A DNA stretch of 64,000 nt. It comes from Peribolospora baueri. Lineage: Eukaryota. Numbering within the stretch: the first letter of the stretch is position 1; each line of letters opens with the position of its first letter. Of the stretch, positions 24,061 to 37,000 are shown piece after piece. The translations under genes and the position numbers were made by a program. Location: contig JAMDHS010000026.1 of assembly GCA_029717555.1 (NCBI GenBank), positions 1 to 64,000 on the forward strand. The letters are read 5' to 3'. Below the pieces are notes generated by a model, which was not told where the DNA came from, ran no database searches, and saw only the letters and a list, made by a program, of their open reading frames with translations.

Positions 24061-26584
24061 TCAGTTGCCATTGGCAGCAGCGCTGGCCTCCTCTTTCTCA
24101 CCCTCCGCCGCCGCCGTCGCCGAAGCCACCGCCTCCTTCTTCTCGGCGCCGTCAGCGCTCGCGGCGGCCCCGCTCTCCTTCTTGCCCTCCTGCCCGGGCA
24201 TCTCGATTCCATACTTCTCCCTGACCGCCTCAAACGTCTTCAGCATCTTCCTCCTAGCCCCAAGCGCGGCCACGCCCTTCTTCTCCAAAGCGCCATCGTC
24301 CATGAGCACCATCTCGCGCCAGTTCGAGCCCTCAAAGTTGGGCGTGTACTTGTGCAGGCGCAGAGTCCGCAGCCAGGCGGGGACGTCATTGAGCGTGTTC
24401 ATGTCCGCCACCTCCTCCTCCCCGCCACCGCCGGCCTTGCCGCCGGGCGAAGTGACACCGCGGTTGTGGGGCAGCGGCGAGCGGCGGCCGCCAGAATTGG
24501 GTAGGCCAGGAGATAGACCGCCGTACCCGCTGCGACCGGAGCGACCGCCGGCGCTGGGGGGGGCGCCGAACATGCTCATGGCCGCCTGTTGCTGCAGTGC
24601 GACCAGATTGGCGGCGGACATGTTCATGTTGCCGAGACCGCCCATGGCGGCCATGGCGTTCATCATCTGCAGATTGCCGAGGTTGTTCATAGCGTTCAAA
24701 CCCGCCAGGCTGCCCATGCCGCCGGCGGCGGCAAAGTTGGCCATGCCGGCAGGCCCGTAAGAGGACAGGCCAGCCATCGAGCTCACGTCGCTCGCCGTGG
24801 GAGAGGCGAGGTAGCCTGTCTGCTGAGCGGCAAAGTGGCTATTGGCGGCAGGGCCGGGGCTGCGCCTGCCTCCGTCGGGACCCTTGCGCTGAGCGGAGGG
24901 AGCCTGGAGGTTGCCCTTGTCATCGTACATGCCGGTCAGCACGCCCTGGACGTTGGCAGAGGCCGCGGAGCCGGCGGCGCTGAGGCGGTCCGAGTTGGGA
25001 CGGCTGGAGCGACGGAACTTGCGCGCGTCGTCGAGGACCACCTTGCTACCCGGCTGTTGGTTGCTCATGCTCCAGTTGGCGAGCTTGGCAGCCGCGGCGT
25101 CGAGATTGTTCACCGATTGCTCGTCCTCCGCCTTGTTCTTCTCGGCGAACATGGGCACGAGCGGCGTGTTGACCATGCTCGCCCAGTTGGCGCCCGAAAC
25201 GAGCGGGCTGAGCTCGTCAAGCCCGCCGCTAACGCGAGGTGAGCGTCCGGCGAACTGAGGGCTGCTAAGATTGGTGAGGTCGGTACTCTTCGGGCGAGCT
25301 GCGTTGTTGCCGGCGCCTTGATCGATGGTGGGCGAGTGAGGACGAGGGCTGCTAGGCGAGGGAGGACCGCGTTCTATAACCTGGTCGAGCGTGGCGGACG
25401 TCTGGTTCCACAAGGGGCTGCGCGTGGCGTCGCCGGGGAGCTGACCGGGGGCGGAGATGCGGTTGGCCTTCATGCGAGCGCGCTGTTGGGCGGCGAGAGT
25501 GCTCGCATCGGCGTTGGCACTAGGCGAGAACATGGCCGAGTTGGGCGAGAGGAAGCCTTGAGGGTCGCCGACAGACTGACGGGCAAGATTGCGCCCGCCC
25601 GGAGAGGAGGGACCCTTGATGCCGGGCGACTTGAGGCCCATCTGAGCGAGCTTGTGCTCCATCTGCTCGGCCATGGAACCTGGGAAGAGACACAGGAAAG
25701 GAAAGAAAAATAAAGGCACGATAAGCGATCAAATCCGGCCAGTCCGCTCTCCACCGCTTGAAGAAGGCAGGTGACTCACTCTGCTGGGGGTTGTTAGGAC
25801 TGAGCAAAGCGGTCATGGGGTCACTCCTGGCCATCTGCTGGAGGACGGTGATGAAGAAGCGGATCTGCACCTGCGTGCTCTCCTGCAACAGACTGTACAG
25901 AGCGGCCGTGCGCTCGGCTTCGGAGAGGACACGGAACCCTGTAGCGCGGCACGGTACGAAGCGAAGCGAACGAGGGAACGCATGAGGATGAGATAGAACG
26001 GACGACGCGTCACCCGCCTTGCAATGACACGAGATGGAAGACTTGCTCACATTGCTCGATGGCGCTCAGTTCCTCTTTGAAGTTTTGGTCCAGCGAGGCT
26101 GCAGCCATCTCCTCCAGCGTCTGCTCATAATGCTGCAGGTCTTCGAACCACTTGTCGATGGCATCCGCTGAGAAGGGGAAGAGGCACCCACCGTCAGACT
26201 CAGTTCCAAGGAAATTCACACGGCTGCAGCGCTTACGAGCTACGAGGGCTCACATTCGGGGCTGACGGCATGGGCGATGTTGAGCAGTTGCTCGCTGCTA
26301 GGGCGGATGCCCCTAGTCCCGCCAGGGGTGCCGGGGTTTAATCCGGGGCTAGGGAGACCGGGGGACCTGGGCCCGTTGTCTTTGCCAGCCTGCTGCTGGA
26401 GACGAAGGACTTGCTCGGGAGGGGTGGACCCAGCTTTGAGGCTAAAGCGACCTGCGTTGGCGGAGCCGGGCGGGTTGCCGGCGGCGGGGGAAGAGGAGCG
26501 CTGGACATGGTGCGCGCCTCCGCCGCCGGCGCTGCTGGGAGGTTGGAGGTTTGAGAAGTCGGAGACGGGACGAGGGGAGGACAT
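24061..26584 (-). CDS. VTS1: Vts1/Smaug-family SAM-domain RNA-binding protein; 4 exons
   Basis: Exons 26254-26584, 26051-26167, 25780-25938, 24061-25679. Motifs [57 protein letters not shown] and SAM domain [15 protein letters not shown]...[13 protein letters not shown]. Confidence 0.95.
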
Positions 26585-27140
26585 GGCTGGACGTGATTGT
26601 CTCTCGGCTTGGCTTATCCTGTGAGTCGGAAGGACAGACGGATGTGTCTACGAGACGATGAGGATTTTTCGACCGGCGAGGGGCGAGGTTGAGGTGTGTG
26701 GGGAAGAGGGATGAGGAAAGGTTTGTGTTGTGGTGCTGTGTGAAATCGACGCTGTCGAGCGGGGCTAAAGGTTGAAGACGAGCGACGGATGACTTGTGGA
26801 GACCTTCCTGCGCGAGCTCGCACGACCAGAGGCCTCTCTTGTGTCACTTGTGGCCGTGCCCGGACGGATGTGGTACAAAGCCGATGAAGGTGGGGAAGAG
26901 GGACGCGCTGGCGCGGCGGAGATGAGAGCGACCGACGGACTGGGTCAGGTCGACGAGGAAGCGGATTGCAAAGTCGAATCGACGGCTCGGCCTGGTCGTT
27001 CGGGCGGGGAGGGAAGAGAAGGAGGCGGAAGGAGGGGTGGCGAAGACGGGAGACGGAGGGGTGGACGGGTCGAGGTGGACAGGGTCGAGGAGAGAGCGAG
27101 GGAGGGGATGAGCTGCCTCTGTGCTCTAGCTAGAGTCTTT

Positions 27141-27224
27141 GTTGTCGTCGTCGTCGTCGTCGTCGGTGGCGGTGGCGGCGGCGGCGTCAACGTCGGCGTC
27201 GTCTTCGTCTTCTTCTTCTTCTTC
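27141..27224. repeat. Compound trinucleotide microsatellite (GTC)n(GGY)n(TTC)n upstream of VTS1
   Basis: Directly visible; lies between divergent VTS1 and ENP1. Confidence 0.85.
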
Positions 27225-27909
27225 CTGTCTTCTTCCTGTCTTGTGGACGTCGTGGACGACGATGGAGGCGAGAAGGAAGAAGCGAGGCGGGCGACGATGG
27301 CGATGATGAGCGCCTTCTCTCTCTCGGTCCGCTGTGGGCGCCGGTGCGGCCGGTTGGAGCTGCTGCGGCAAGTTGCCAGCCTCCGCCCCAGTCCGGGGCC
27401 ATCGACCCAACGACTTGCTGGCGCATATCCGCCACGCTTGCGCCCGTCTCACCGCCCATATATCACACACACACAGCGGCGTACAGGCGGCGACAGAACC
27501 GTGTTTTACTCGGCTTCCGCGTCGTCCTCCGCTCTCCGCCATCCACACTCCCTCAGCACGCCGCACCGCTCGCTTCGCCCGCCGCGCCGCCCGCCCGACC
27601 AGCCACAGCAAAGGGAAGCTAAGCGGCTATCGATGCGATGGCTGGCGCGGCGAAACGCGGAGGAATCAGCCCTGCCGCAGCCGGTGCTCACGTGGCTCGA
27701 CTGCGGTCCAAATTTTTGGTTGACTGCGGCGGCAAGTCGTATTTGTGGCTCCTTCAGGAAGAAAGAAGACGGACCCGACCAGACTTGCCTTCGGCCAGAA
27801 CGTCAGACGCAGACGGGACAGACGCGCGCTCTCCTCTCGACCCCTCTCAGTGAGCGTCTCGTCTCGACGAATTCGGCACACCCGCCTTCTCGCTCCCCTC
27901 CATCCCGGC

Positions 27910-29996
27910 ATGCCTCGCGCAAAGTCAGCGGCCAAGGCCGTCGCGCCTCGCCACGACCCCCTCCACGTGCAGCTGCGCGAGGACGAGCTGCGCGAGAGGT
28001 TCGGCCACGTCTCCTCTCCAGGGCGCAGCAAGGCGTCGGCGAAGGGGAAAGGAAAGGATCGACTAGTAGATGAGGACGAGTTGGAGGATGGCGGGGACGG
28101 GACGGCGGGGAGGAGGGAGGGGTACGTTGACCCCAGGCTCAGCAGGAGGATCTTGGAGCTGGCGAGGGAACAGCAGGACGAACTGGAGGCGACAGAGGAG
28201 CTCGAGCTCGAGGACGAGGACGAGGAAGACGACGACGAAAGGTGACGTTTTACGTCACTCGCATTTGCTCCTTTCGTGGGACGACCGCTCAAGCTCACCG
28301 GTCGCCGACCTTCGTCTTCACAGGAGCATGACTAGACCGCGAAGGATGGGAGGGGCAGAGGAGGACTCTGAAGAAGAGGATGAAGGGGCGGAAGAGATAG
28401 AGGAATACGAAGAGCTGGTGAGCGAGCTTGCCTTTCTTTTCCTCTCTCCCTGCATTAGCCACGCGAATCCCAGAGGATGCATCCTCCTATTTTTATGTTT
28501 CAAGACGAGTTTGAGGGCTGATGCCCATGAAACCAATAGTTACTGGACTGATGGGATCCGTGCAGACTGACTTCCTAAATCGCGCGTACCGAACGCCCCG
28601 AGCTCACAGCCGCACTCCTTCTTTACTCCCATGGCTCGGGACAGGAAATTGACCCCCATGATCAATCCCTTCTCGACCGGTTCTTACCTTCCGCCGCCGC
28701 CGCCAAGGGAGGTCGCACGCTGGCCGACTTGATCATGGAGAAGATTGAGTCGGCCGACGCGGCCGGCGCTAATGGAGGCGGAGCGGCGACGTTCAACGTG
28801 GGAGATGCGGGTGAGGAGGGCCGAAATGGTGGCATGATGCTCCCGCCAGGCATGAGCCCAAAGGTCGTGGAGGTGTACACTAAGTGCGTTTACCCTCGTC
28901 GCTCTAGCATCAGGCCCCCTCGCTCACCACCTCTGCTTCGCTTTTTTCTACTCTCCTTCCCCCTCTTTTCGTATGCTCAGAGTCGGTCAACTATTGTCAC
29001 GCTACAAATCCGGCAAGCTCCCCAAGGCGTTCAAGATCATCCCTTCGCTGCCCAACTGGGAGGATGTCCTCTACCTGACCGACCCGCCATCCTGGACTCC
29101 GCACGCGACTTTTGAGGCGACAAAGATATTCGTCTCCAACCTCAAGGCCAAACAGAGCCAGCGCTTCTTCCAGCTCGTCCTCCTCGACAAGATCCGCGAC
29201 GAGATCCAAGACGAAGGCAAGGCTTCGTACCACACTTATGCCGCTATCAAAAAGGCCTTGTATAAGCCCGCCGCGTTCTTCAAGGGCATCCTCTTCCCTC
29301 TCTGCGAGGTGCGCGGTCTCTCGACGTGTTTCCTCCGTCCCACGCACAGCGTTGACCCGCTTTTCGTGCGTACGCCTTTCCCCAGAGCGGCACGTGCACG
29401 TTGAAAGAGGCGGCCATCGTCAGTTCCGTCCTCACCAAAGTCAGCGTCCCCGTCCTGCACTCGGCCGCCGCGCTGATGAGGCTCGCCGACATGGACTATA
29501 CCGGCCCCAACTCGCTCTTCATCCGTGTCCTGCTTGACAAGAAGTACGCCCTACCTTTCAAGGTCGTCGACGCCCTCGTCTTCCACTTTTTGAGATTTGC
29601 AAAGGACGAGAGGAGGATGCCGGTGCTGTGGCATCAAAGCTTGCTCGTCTTCTCTCAGAGGTCCGTGCCCATCCGTCCTTCTCTCCTCCGCTTTCTCGCA
29701 TATTTTTTTTTCGTCGTTCGAGACTCCTTCTCCCACTTCCAAAAAAAAAACCCGCGATCGCTCATCTTTCATCTTTCATCTCATTCTCTCCGTTCGCGTC
29801 ATCGACGGCTCGACTCCCATCTCACCCTCATGCACCTAGGTACAAACAAGATCTGACGCCCGATCAAAAATCGGCACTTCTCGACCTGCTCAAGCACCAG
29901 AAGCACGATGGCATCGGCCCCGAGATCAGGAGGGAGCTGGTCAACAGCGTCGCTAGGGGCGAGATGTTGCCGGAGGCGGACATGATGGACGTCTGA
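27910..29996 (+). CDS. ENP1: Bystin/Enp1, 40S ribosome biogenesis factor; 6 exons
   Basis: [106 protein letters not shown]. Confidence 0.95.
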
Positions 29997-30191
29997 GACG
30001 TTCTTCTTTTCTTTTGTTTTTTTTATCCATCCCTCCCCCGGCACTTGCTTCTCTCTTCGTCCATCGGCGTCTGCTTCTACGTGTACTTTATCACATCTGG
30101 CCTCCCGCCTTGGATATCCGATGATTAGACACGAGACGAGCCGCAGAAGAAAGTAAAACAGACGCGTGCGCGCGCCTTGACGGACAAAGAT

Positions 30192-30229
30192 CCAGCACCA
30201 GCACCAGCACCAGCTCCACCTCCACCTCC
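30192..30229. repeat. Hexanucleotide repeat (CCAGCA)/(CTCCAC) just past the GPI8 stop
   Basis: ccagcaccagcaccagcaccagctccacctccacctcc. Confidence 0.8.
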
Positions 30230-30239
30230 TTGCGTTCGT

Positions 30240-32089
30240 TTACTTGGCCAACCCGTTCGAAGCTTGGCTCGACGCCCGTCTTCGCCACGCACTCGCCCTC
30301 TTCCCTCGACCCGCCCAGGCCAAGAGGACGACCAGGAGCGGGACCGCTTTCCACGCGCGCAACGGCGACGCCTCTTCCGCTCCTCGCCTCTCGCGCCGCC
30401 CCGTTCCCATCCGCGCGAGCGCGCCTCTCGAACCTGAACCTGCCCCACGATCCTCCTCCTGCTCCTCCTCTTCTTGTGGATGGGAGGAGGTGTTCACATC
30501 TCGTCGCAGAGGGGAAGAAAGCGGCGCCGACGACGGAAAGGGAGGGACGTTGTGCTCGGAAAACTCGACCTGGGCGACGCCGCCGAAAAAATCGGTGATG
30601 CGTACCGTGTCTAGAGACCGGTTGAACAGGTCTGTCCGCACGCCCGGGTCCGAGTGAATCGCCGCCGGGTCGTAGCTGTCGAACTGCGGAGCGGACGAGT
30701 CGTCGGATTCGAGCGCGCGTTTCAAAGACGGTGCGGGTCAAGGTCAGAGAACGGGCCAGGCCCGGGACCGACGGACAGGACAGGAAGGGACCGCAGGGCG
30801 GTCTATATGCTCACAAGATCCTGCATCGTCGCGTTGCTCGTCTTGTCGATGTGCTCCAGATACTCAAGGACAAAGTGCGTGTACCGGTCGATTACCGCCA
30901 CGCCCAGATCGTTGTCGGCCGAATGCTGCAGCGCAAAGAAAGGTCAGCACAAACCAGCGGGACAGGCTGTATGGCCGTCAACTAACGCTCCCGGGCTAGA
31001 AGACGACTCACGGAGTAGGAGTTTTGATCAAGCTTGGAGGAGCCTGTGGCGAGCACGTTCGGGGAGTAGATCTTGGAGTACATGGTGTTGGCTTGGCAGG
31101 TGTCGATCATGAAGAAAAGCTCGTTGTACCTGCGAAAAAGATGAGAGTTCGAGTCCTTCTTAGCAAAAGCGAGTCCGGACGCAGCGGGGCCCGAACTGCG
31201 TACTGCCTACGCCGCCCACCTCTTCTTCTGCCACATCTGCTCGAAAGCATCGGCGAGGTCAAACGCGCTGATCTCCTCGTAGTCTTGGAACTTGAGGAAC
31301 TCGTTGCCCCCATGTCCGGTCATGTAGATGAAGACGTTCGAGCGGTCGTCTGTGTCCAGGCGCTTGGAATGGGGAGTTTCGGGGGAGACACGACCTGACG
31401 GACGGGAATTCCAACGACCAGTTCGTCAGCAGAGAGCTCCGAGCTCGAAAACGACTGAAGACTTGCTCACCTGTGAGCAGCCTTATGAAATTCTCCACCG
31501 TCACTTCATATCCTCGATAGTCCACCTCGATGTTCTCGCCGTACAGGTCGAGCTGCCGTCCATTGTTGCTGTACACCGTCCCCGGGAAAGCGTTGCGCGA
31601 ATTGCAAGCGGCATCGTCGGCGAGCATCAAAATGATGTTCGAGTCTGGAATGCCGAGCCGCTTGACTGTCCGATACCTGTAGCACAGGCAAGGCGGGACA
31701 ACTCGCCGTCGCTTCAGTCCCGGCCCTTGGCGCCGTAAGAAGATTGCAGGCAAGTCACTTACATTCCCAGCGCGTTGGCCATATGCTGGAGACAGAGAAC
31801 GCAAAGTAGAAAGCAACGAAGGAGTGAGCCCGTAACAGTAGACTCCCTTGTAAGCCTCGCCAAGACACTCCTTCACACCCACCCTGTAGTTGAACCAGAA
31901 TCTCGAAGCGCAGACGAGCACAGCCCAGTTATTGGTGTGCCCACCGACATGGTCAGCGTGCGAGTGGAAGAATTCCTCGGCCGCCGCCTCGTCTACCGGC
32001 GTCGCAGTACTCCAGAAAGAGGAGAAGCACGATAGCCAGATGGACAGGAGCACCAGGATGTGTGCCAACGGTCGGGGTGTGAAGATCAT
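30240..32089 (-). CDS. GPI8: GPI-anchor transamidase catalytic subunit (peptidase C13); 7 exons
   Basis: Signal peptide; [48 protein letters not shown] (includes a 23-nt exon at 31763-31785); catalytic His in YMTGHGG and Cys in IDTCQA; TDFFG; C-terminal hydrophobic stretch. Confidence 0.95.
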
Positions 32090-32238
32090 GTTCCGAGAAG
32101 GGCTGGTTTGGTGGGTCGTGGTTGAGAAAGCCGTCGTCCGGCCCGCTGCTGTTCGTTCAAGTGATCGGCGCTGCAGATGATACGACTTTGCCTTCCGCTT
32201 ACCATCTCGACCACCGTCCGCCTCGCCGTTCCATCGAC
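32090..32238. promoter_or_regulatory. Compact divergent (likely bidirectional) promoter between GPI8 and the HCNGP-like gene
   Basis: Only 149 bp separate the head-to-head start codons at 32089 (-) and 32239 (+). Confidence 0.6.
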
Positions 32239-33859
32239 ATGTCCTCCTTAAGAGGTAAGTAGACCTCGTTTCGGCCGCCGCACTTCCACAGGGACGCTCA
32301 TGCACCCATCCTTTATCAATCCTCCCTTTCATTTAGGCCTCGTAACGTACAGTGACGACGAGGAAGACAGCGGCAAGGGGACGACGACCAAGCTCTTCAA
32401 AGCTCACGCAGGACCGGCCACGCAAAGCAACGGAGAAGTAAGTCGCTATTCGTCGCATGCACCCCTTCTCCCAACGTGTTCGGAAGCTCCATCCAGTCTC
32501 CGCTTCACGGCCAGGTCGTTTCGGATGGCGGGGCGAAGGTGCCGGAAGGACGCGAACGCGGTAAGCGCTACTGGCGTGCGGCGATCGACAGACGGATGGA
32601 TGACGGAGAGCTAAGCTCGCCGCGTTCTTGCTCCTCCACCATCCGCCCTTAGCGCCTGACCCATCCGCCTCTTTGAGCAGCGCACATGGACAAGAAGAGT
32701 TGGTGCCTCCTACCCCTGAGCGGACGGAGCGCTTTCCCCGGCCAATGGACCATGCTTCTCATCCAAAGACGCGATGCACCGTCGCCAGCACGTCGCGGGT
32801 GACCATCGACGTTACTCCCAATACACCTGCTGCCAGCGACACCGTTCGAAGCGCAGAATCGGAACATGGGAGGGCTAACGGGAAGGCCAGGGAACGACCG
32901 GAGGCCTTGTCGGACGAGGATGCGAGGCTCAGAGAGCTCATGGCGCCCTTGCCAATTCCAGGAGTGGAGGATTGGGGCATCCCTCCAGAACCTGACACCC
33001 CCTGCGACCCTAGCTTGCAGGTGAGCTCCGTACCCAGAGAGACTCTATTTGTTGACGGGCAACGGAAATCAGGTCAAGCAGCTCATGTCTGACCATCCTA
33101 CATTCCCCACCGCAACCGCCCACTTCACTCGTCGCGTACAAGGCTAAACTTGAGAAGTTCCACGCGCTGAAGCAGCAAGGAATACATTTTAATGAGTCTC
33201 TTGCTCGAAACCGGTCCTTCCGGAATCCTCACATCTACGCCAAGTTGGTCCAATTTGTGGATATTGACGAGACGGCAAGCAATTTTCCGAAGGAGATTTG
33301 GGACCCGAAGGGTCTCCCTCCTGAAGGCTATGCGACCCATATAGGTAAGTCGACGAGGGAGACTGTCCGTCTAGGGACTTGTAAGTGGCAGAGCAACACA
33401 CTTGCCACCAAATGTTCCCCCCTTAGTAACTTCTATACTTAAACCACAAAGACCTTTTTTGTCACGCGCTTGTACGCCGCCGCCCGTTCAGCCGAGGTGC
33501 AAAAGCAGCAATCTGAGGCCCGTCAAGCCGCCCAAGCTGCAGGAAAGCGCGTCAACATCCCTTTCACCTCCGCCTCCTCAGCGCATCCGCACCAACACGA
33601 TCCATATTACACAGGCACCGCCAGTTCTCGTCAGCAGCACGTCCGCGAAAGCCTGGCGAAGCGCTCCAGCGGGCATGGGCACGGCGCGGAGGCATCGCGC
33701 CATCGGGATTCCGGTGGGACGGCGGAGAAGGAGCGAAGGAAAGGAAGCAGGTGGGACTCGAGGAGCAAGCCACCAGGGCACGATGTACGAACGCGGAGCA
33801 CGAGCCCTTCGTACCGCAGCCCGCCTCGTCATCGTAGCGAGCGAGACCGACGCCGATGA
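32239..33859 (+). CDS. HCNGP/SAP30BP-like protein; 6 exons
   Basis: [95 protein letters not shown]; basic tail with SRWD. Confidence 0.88.
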
Positions 33860-34036
33860 AGCGGGCAACCATCTCATTGGCGTTGTGCGTGCATGTACAA
33901 GTCGGGACAAGGTTAAAATCTCATTGTCACAATGGGCTGCAGGCGCCCTCTCACAGCCTCAGCCTGCTAAGAAATACAAGAGTACAAGTGGGCAAGAAGG
34001 GTATCATGCATCAATGCTGCCGACGGAGCCGCTGCA

Positions 34037-37000
34037 TCACTGGGGCCCTTTGTCGTTGCGGTCGTTAGACTTGTTGTTGTACGTGAGAGGCGGGTCCTCG
34101 GCAGCGTCGATTGCCCCAGGTACGAGGACCGACGGCGTGATCCACGCGTCCGGTGTCTGTGTAGACGGTAGCATTCCAGCTTCAGCCGTCCGCGTTTTCA
34201 AGAACAATCGCTCCAATAAAAACTCACCAGGACAAAGTACCGTTCCATGGACTCGCGGAAGCGCTGCAGCATGGTCAAAGCAGAAGCACTCAACCACCGA
34301 TACCCATTTCTCTGGCATGCAGATGACATGACCACTTACGTTCTTGTATTGCCTAGGAGTGACGATGGTAGGTTCGGCCTTGCCTCCGCCGCCCAAGAGA
34401 CCCGAGTCTTTGACGATACTCTCCACCCGCTTGTCCCAGGTGTAAGTTCGAATGAAGTCTGCGATTATAAACGGAGAATCCGATCAATTCCAGCTGTTTC
34501 CCTTGCGATTTTGACATATAGACTCACCGACGATGCCGACCACTAGCTCGTTCCTTGAAGTATCGATGCCAGCAACCAAACTGTAGTCCATGACGTTCAT
34601 GTTGGACAAAAAGAGAGAGTCGTTGTGGAGAGAAGCACGGAGGATACGCTTGGAATGGCTCCGGACAAAGAGCGGCGTCTGGTATGCGACTGTGGCGAAA
34701 GGGCAGTTCGTGTCAACTCGAGCCCGAAAGGAGTGGAAAGGTAATCCACTCACGTTCGACCAGGTTCTCGTCTAGAAGGACCTCGTTCTCTCTACCAGTG
34801 GACTGGACGTGACGATTTCGCATAGACCCTTTGAGGTCAAAAATCTAATATCGTATACGGCGAAATGGGTCAGTCTTCTGCCTGTCCAGGGTTGATCATG
34901 GAAAGAACCGGTCGTACCTTGGAGATCTGACGGTCATAGAAGAGATTCTCCATGACCACCACGTCTATGCGCATCTGCTTGCCGGTATGTCCATTCTTGC
35001 AAACGATGCGAAAACAGCCAAAAATCTTCGCTAGCGTCGTAGGTAGATCCCGCGAGAAGGCTTGGGAAAGATACGAGATGTACGCCGGCGCGAATTTCGA
35101 AAACGTGTCCATTTCCGAGCGCGAGAGCTGCTTGATGATGAGGCGGTTGTCTGCGAGAGTGCCGGAATCAAGTCGGACTCAGACAAGGTAATGCGGAAGA
35201 GCGGTCATTCATTCCTTAGCAAAATAAAACCCGCCTTTCGTTTTGAGGAAGGCAGATCCGCTCTTGCCCCCAGCCGAGTCCCACTTCACGCAGTGCGCCA
35301 GCGATTCAAGGAAGGTTCGCTCGCAGCCACACTTCCTTCGTAGAGCATCAAACTGTTCGGCGAAGAAGATTTTGCAAGAGAAGTACGAGGAGCCGGAGTC
35401 GAACTCTGGTGTTCGATTCAAGGTAAAAAAGATGAACTTGTAAGGCAACTAAGACCTAGATGCTGGCGGACATGGTCATGACGTACCGTATTTGAAGTGG
35501 GTCCCTCCGACCCGCTGGAGCGCATCCTCGATGTCCGCACCATCGTGGAAATCGACCATACCCCATCCGTCGGTAGATTGGGCATCGTCCGTCTCATTCG
35601 GCATAAATGCTTCGTCCTGCTCGCTGATCCTCGTATGCTTGTAATGTGTGTTACGTAGACGGTCCTCATACGCTTTCGAGCTGTGCAGGAGTCAAAGGAG
35701 ACATGTGGTGAGATTTTTTTCAAATGCCCTCGATTCGTTGAAAACCACGAACCTCAGCGTAAACGCAATAATGGTGCTAGGCTCATCCTCTCGGACAATA
35801 ACAGGATTGTCCGACCATAGATGTTCTCCTGCGAGTCTGTTAAGGTTAACGATATCGGATTAGCAACAAGCATGAAGAGAAACGGAGATAGAACAAGCAC
35901 CAGTCCTTAGCACTCACAGAGGATATTCCAATGGCACAAAGTCCATGTTACGATACGCCCAGAAGCCTGACAGAGTCTTCAAGAAGGACATCTTTTCCGT
36001 CCCAGAAGAAGCGAGCTCCCCTTCAGGCAGATGGGTCCCGGTTTGCATCTTCGAAGAGGTAGCGAAACCTTCGTTCTGGAGGGACGGCGTGGACAGCCCA
36101 GAAGCCAAGTTGGAGCGAACGACCATATCTCCAGTCGTGTCGCTCGCCGCAGGATCTATTTGCTGGAGTTCGCCAATTGGCCTGGGGCGCCCTTCCTCCC
36201 CGACTTGCGCCAGGCGTTCGTCCTGAGCACCTTTGAAAACAGAAGTCGTCCGTCCGTCCTTCGCCTTCGGTGAAGCGTCCACAGGGCCCGCCTGATCGTC
36301 TTCGCCACCACCTTCGTCGTCAGCGCCCACGCTTGATAACCTGTCGCTCTCCTCGTCAGAGTCTTCCTTCACGGCGTCCCGGAGGTCTTCGAACACCTCG
36401 ACCTTGGCTTTGGTGACCGTCACCGGCCTGGCGCGCCTGGCTCTCAAGGCCATCATCTGTCGGTGACGTTCCACCCTTTCGCGGTCTGCCTCCCGGGAGA
36501 GTCGGTCGAAGTGTCGAGCGATGGTGGAAACGCGACCTGATGTCGTCCTCTTGGAAACGGGAGATTGCGCTCCAGAAGGAGATACCGGTGGATGGGGGGC
36601 ACGAGAAGCGCGGGCCGACATTGGACCTTTGCCCTTGGACACGGTTCCGCGAGCCGTCGAAGCGCCCCTCACATGACTTCGCGTCCGGACCGGAACAGGG
36701 GATGTAGCCCTCATTGACCTGGATGCCGACGTCGACCGCATGAAACTGGGCGAGTTTGGTGCGTCCAAACGTTCCGAAGAGCTTTCGCGGAGATTCGACT
36801 CACGTCGATCCTTCACTGAGGTGAGAGCCCGGTGCCTTGCGGCAGCCCCGACCGGTATGCGACTGGACGGCGTCCGCACGCGGCCCTCGCGTCGTTTGGA
36901 CAAAGTGGACGTCGACTGTTGGCTCTCACTCTCAGAGAGGAAGTCGGACTGTTCGCTCCCGCCTAGCTTGCTCCCGTTCCTTTGTTCCTCCGTCCGACTT

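Noticed and set aside
26796..28073. 425-aa ORF upstream of ENP1
   Set aside because: Built from trinucleotide repeats (poly-V/G/F) and overlaps ENP1 out of frame.
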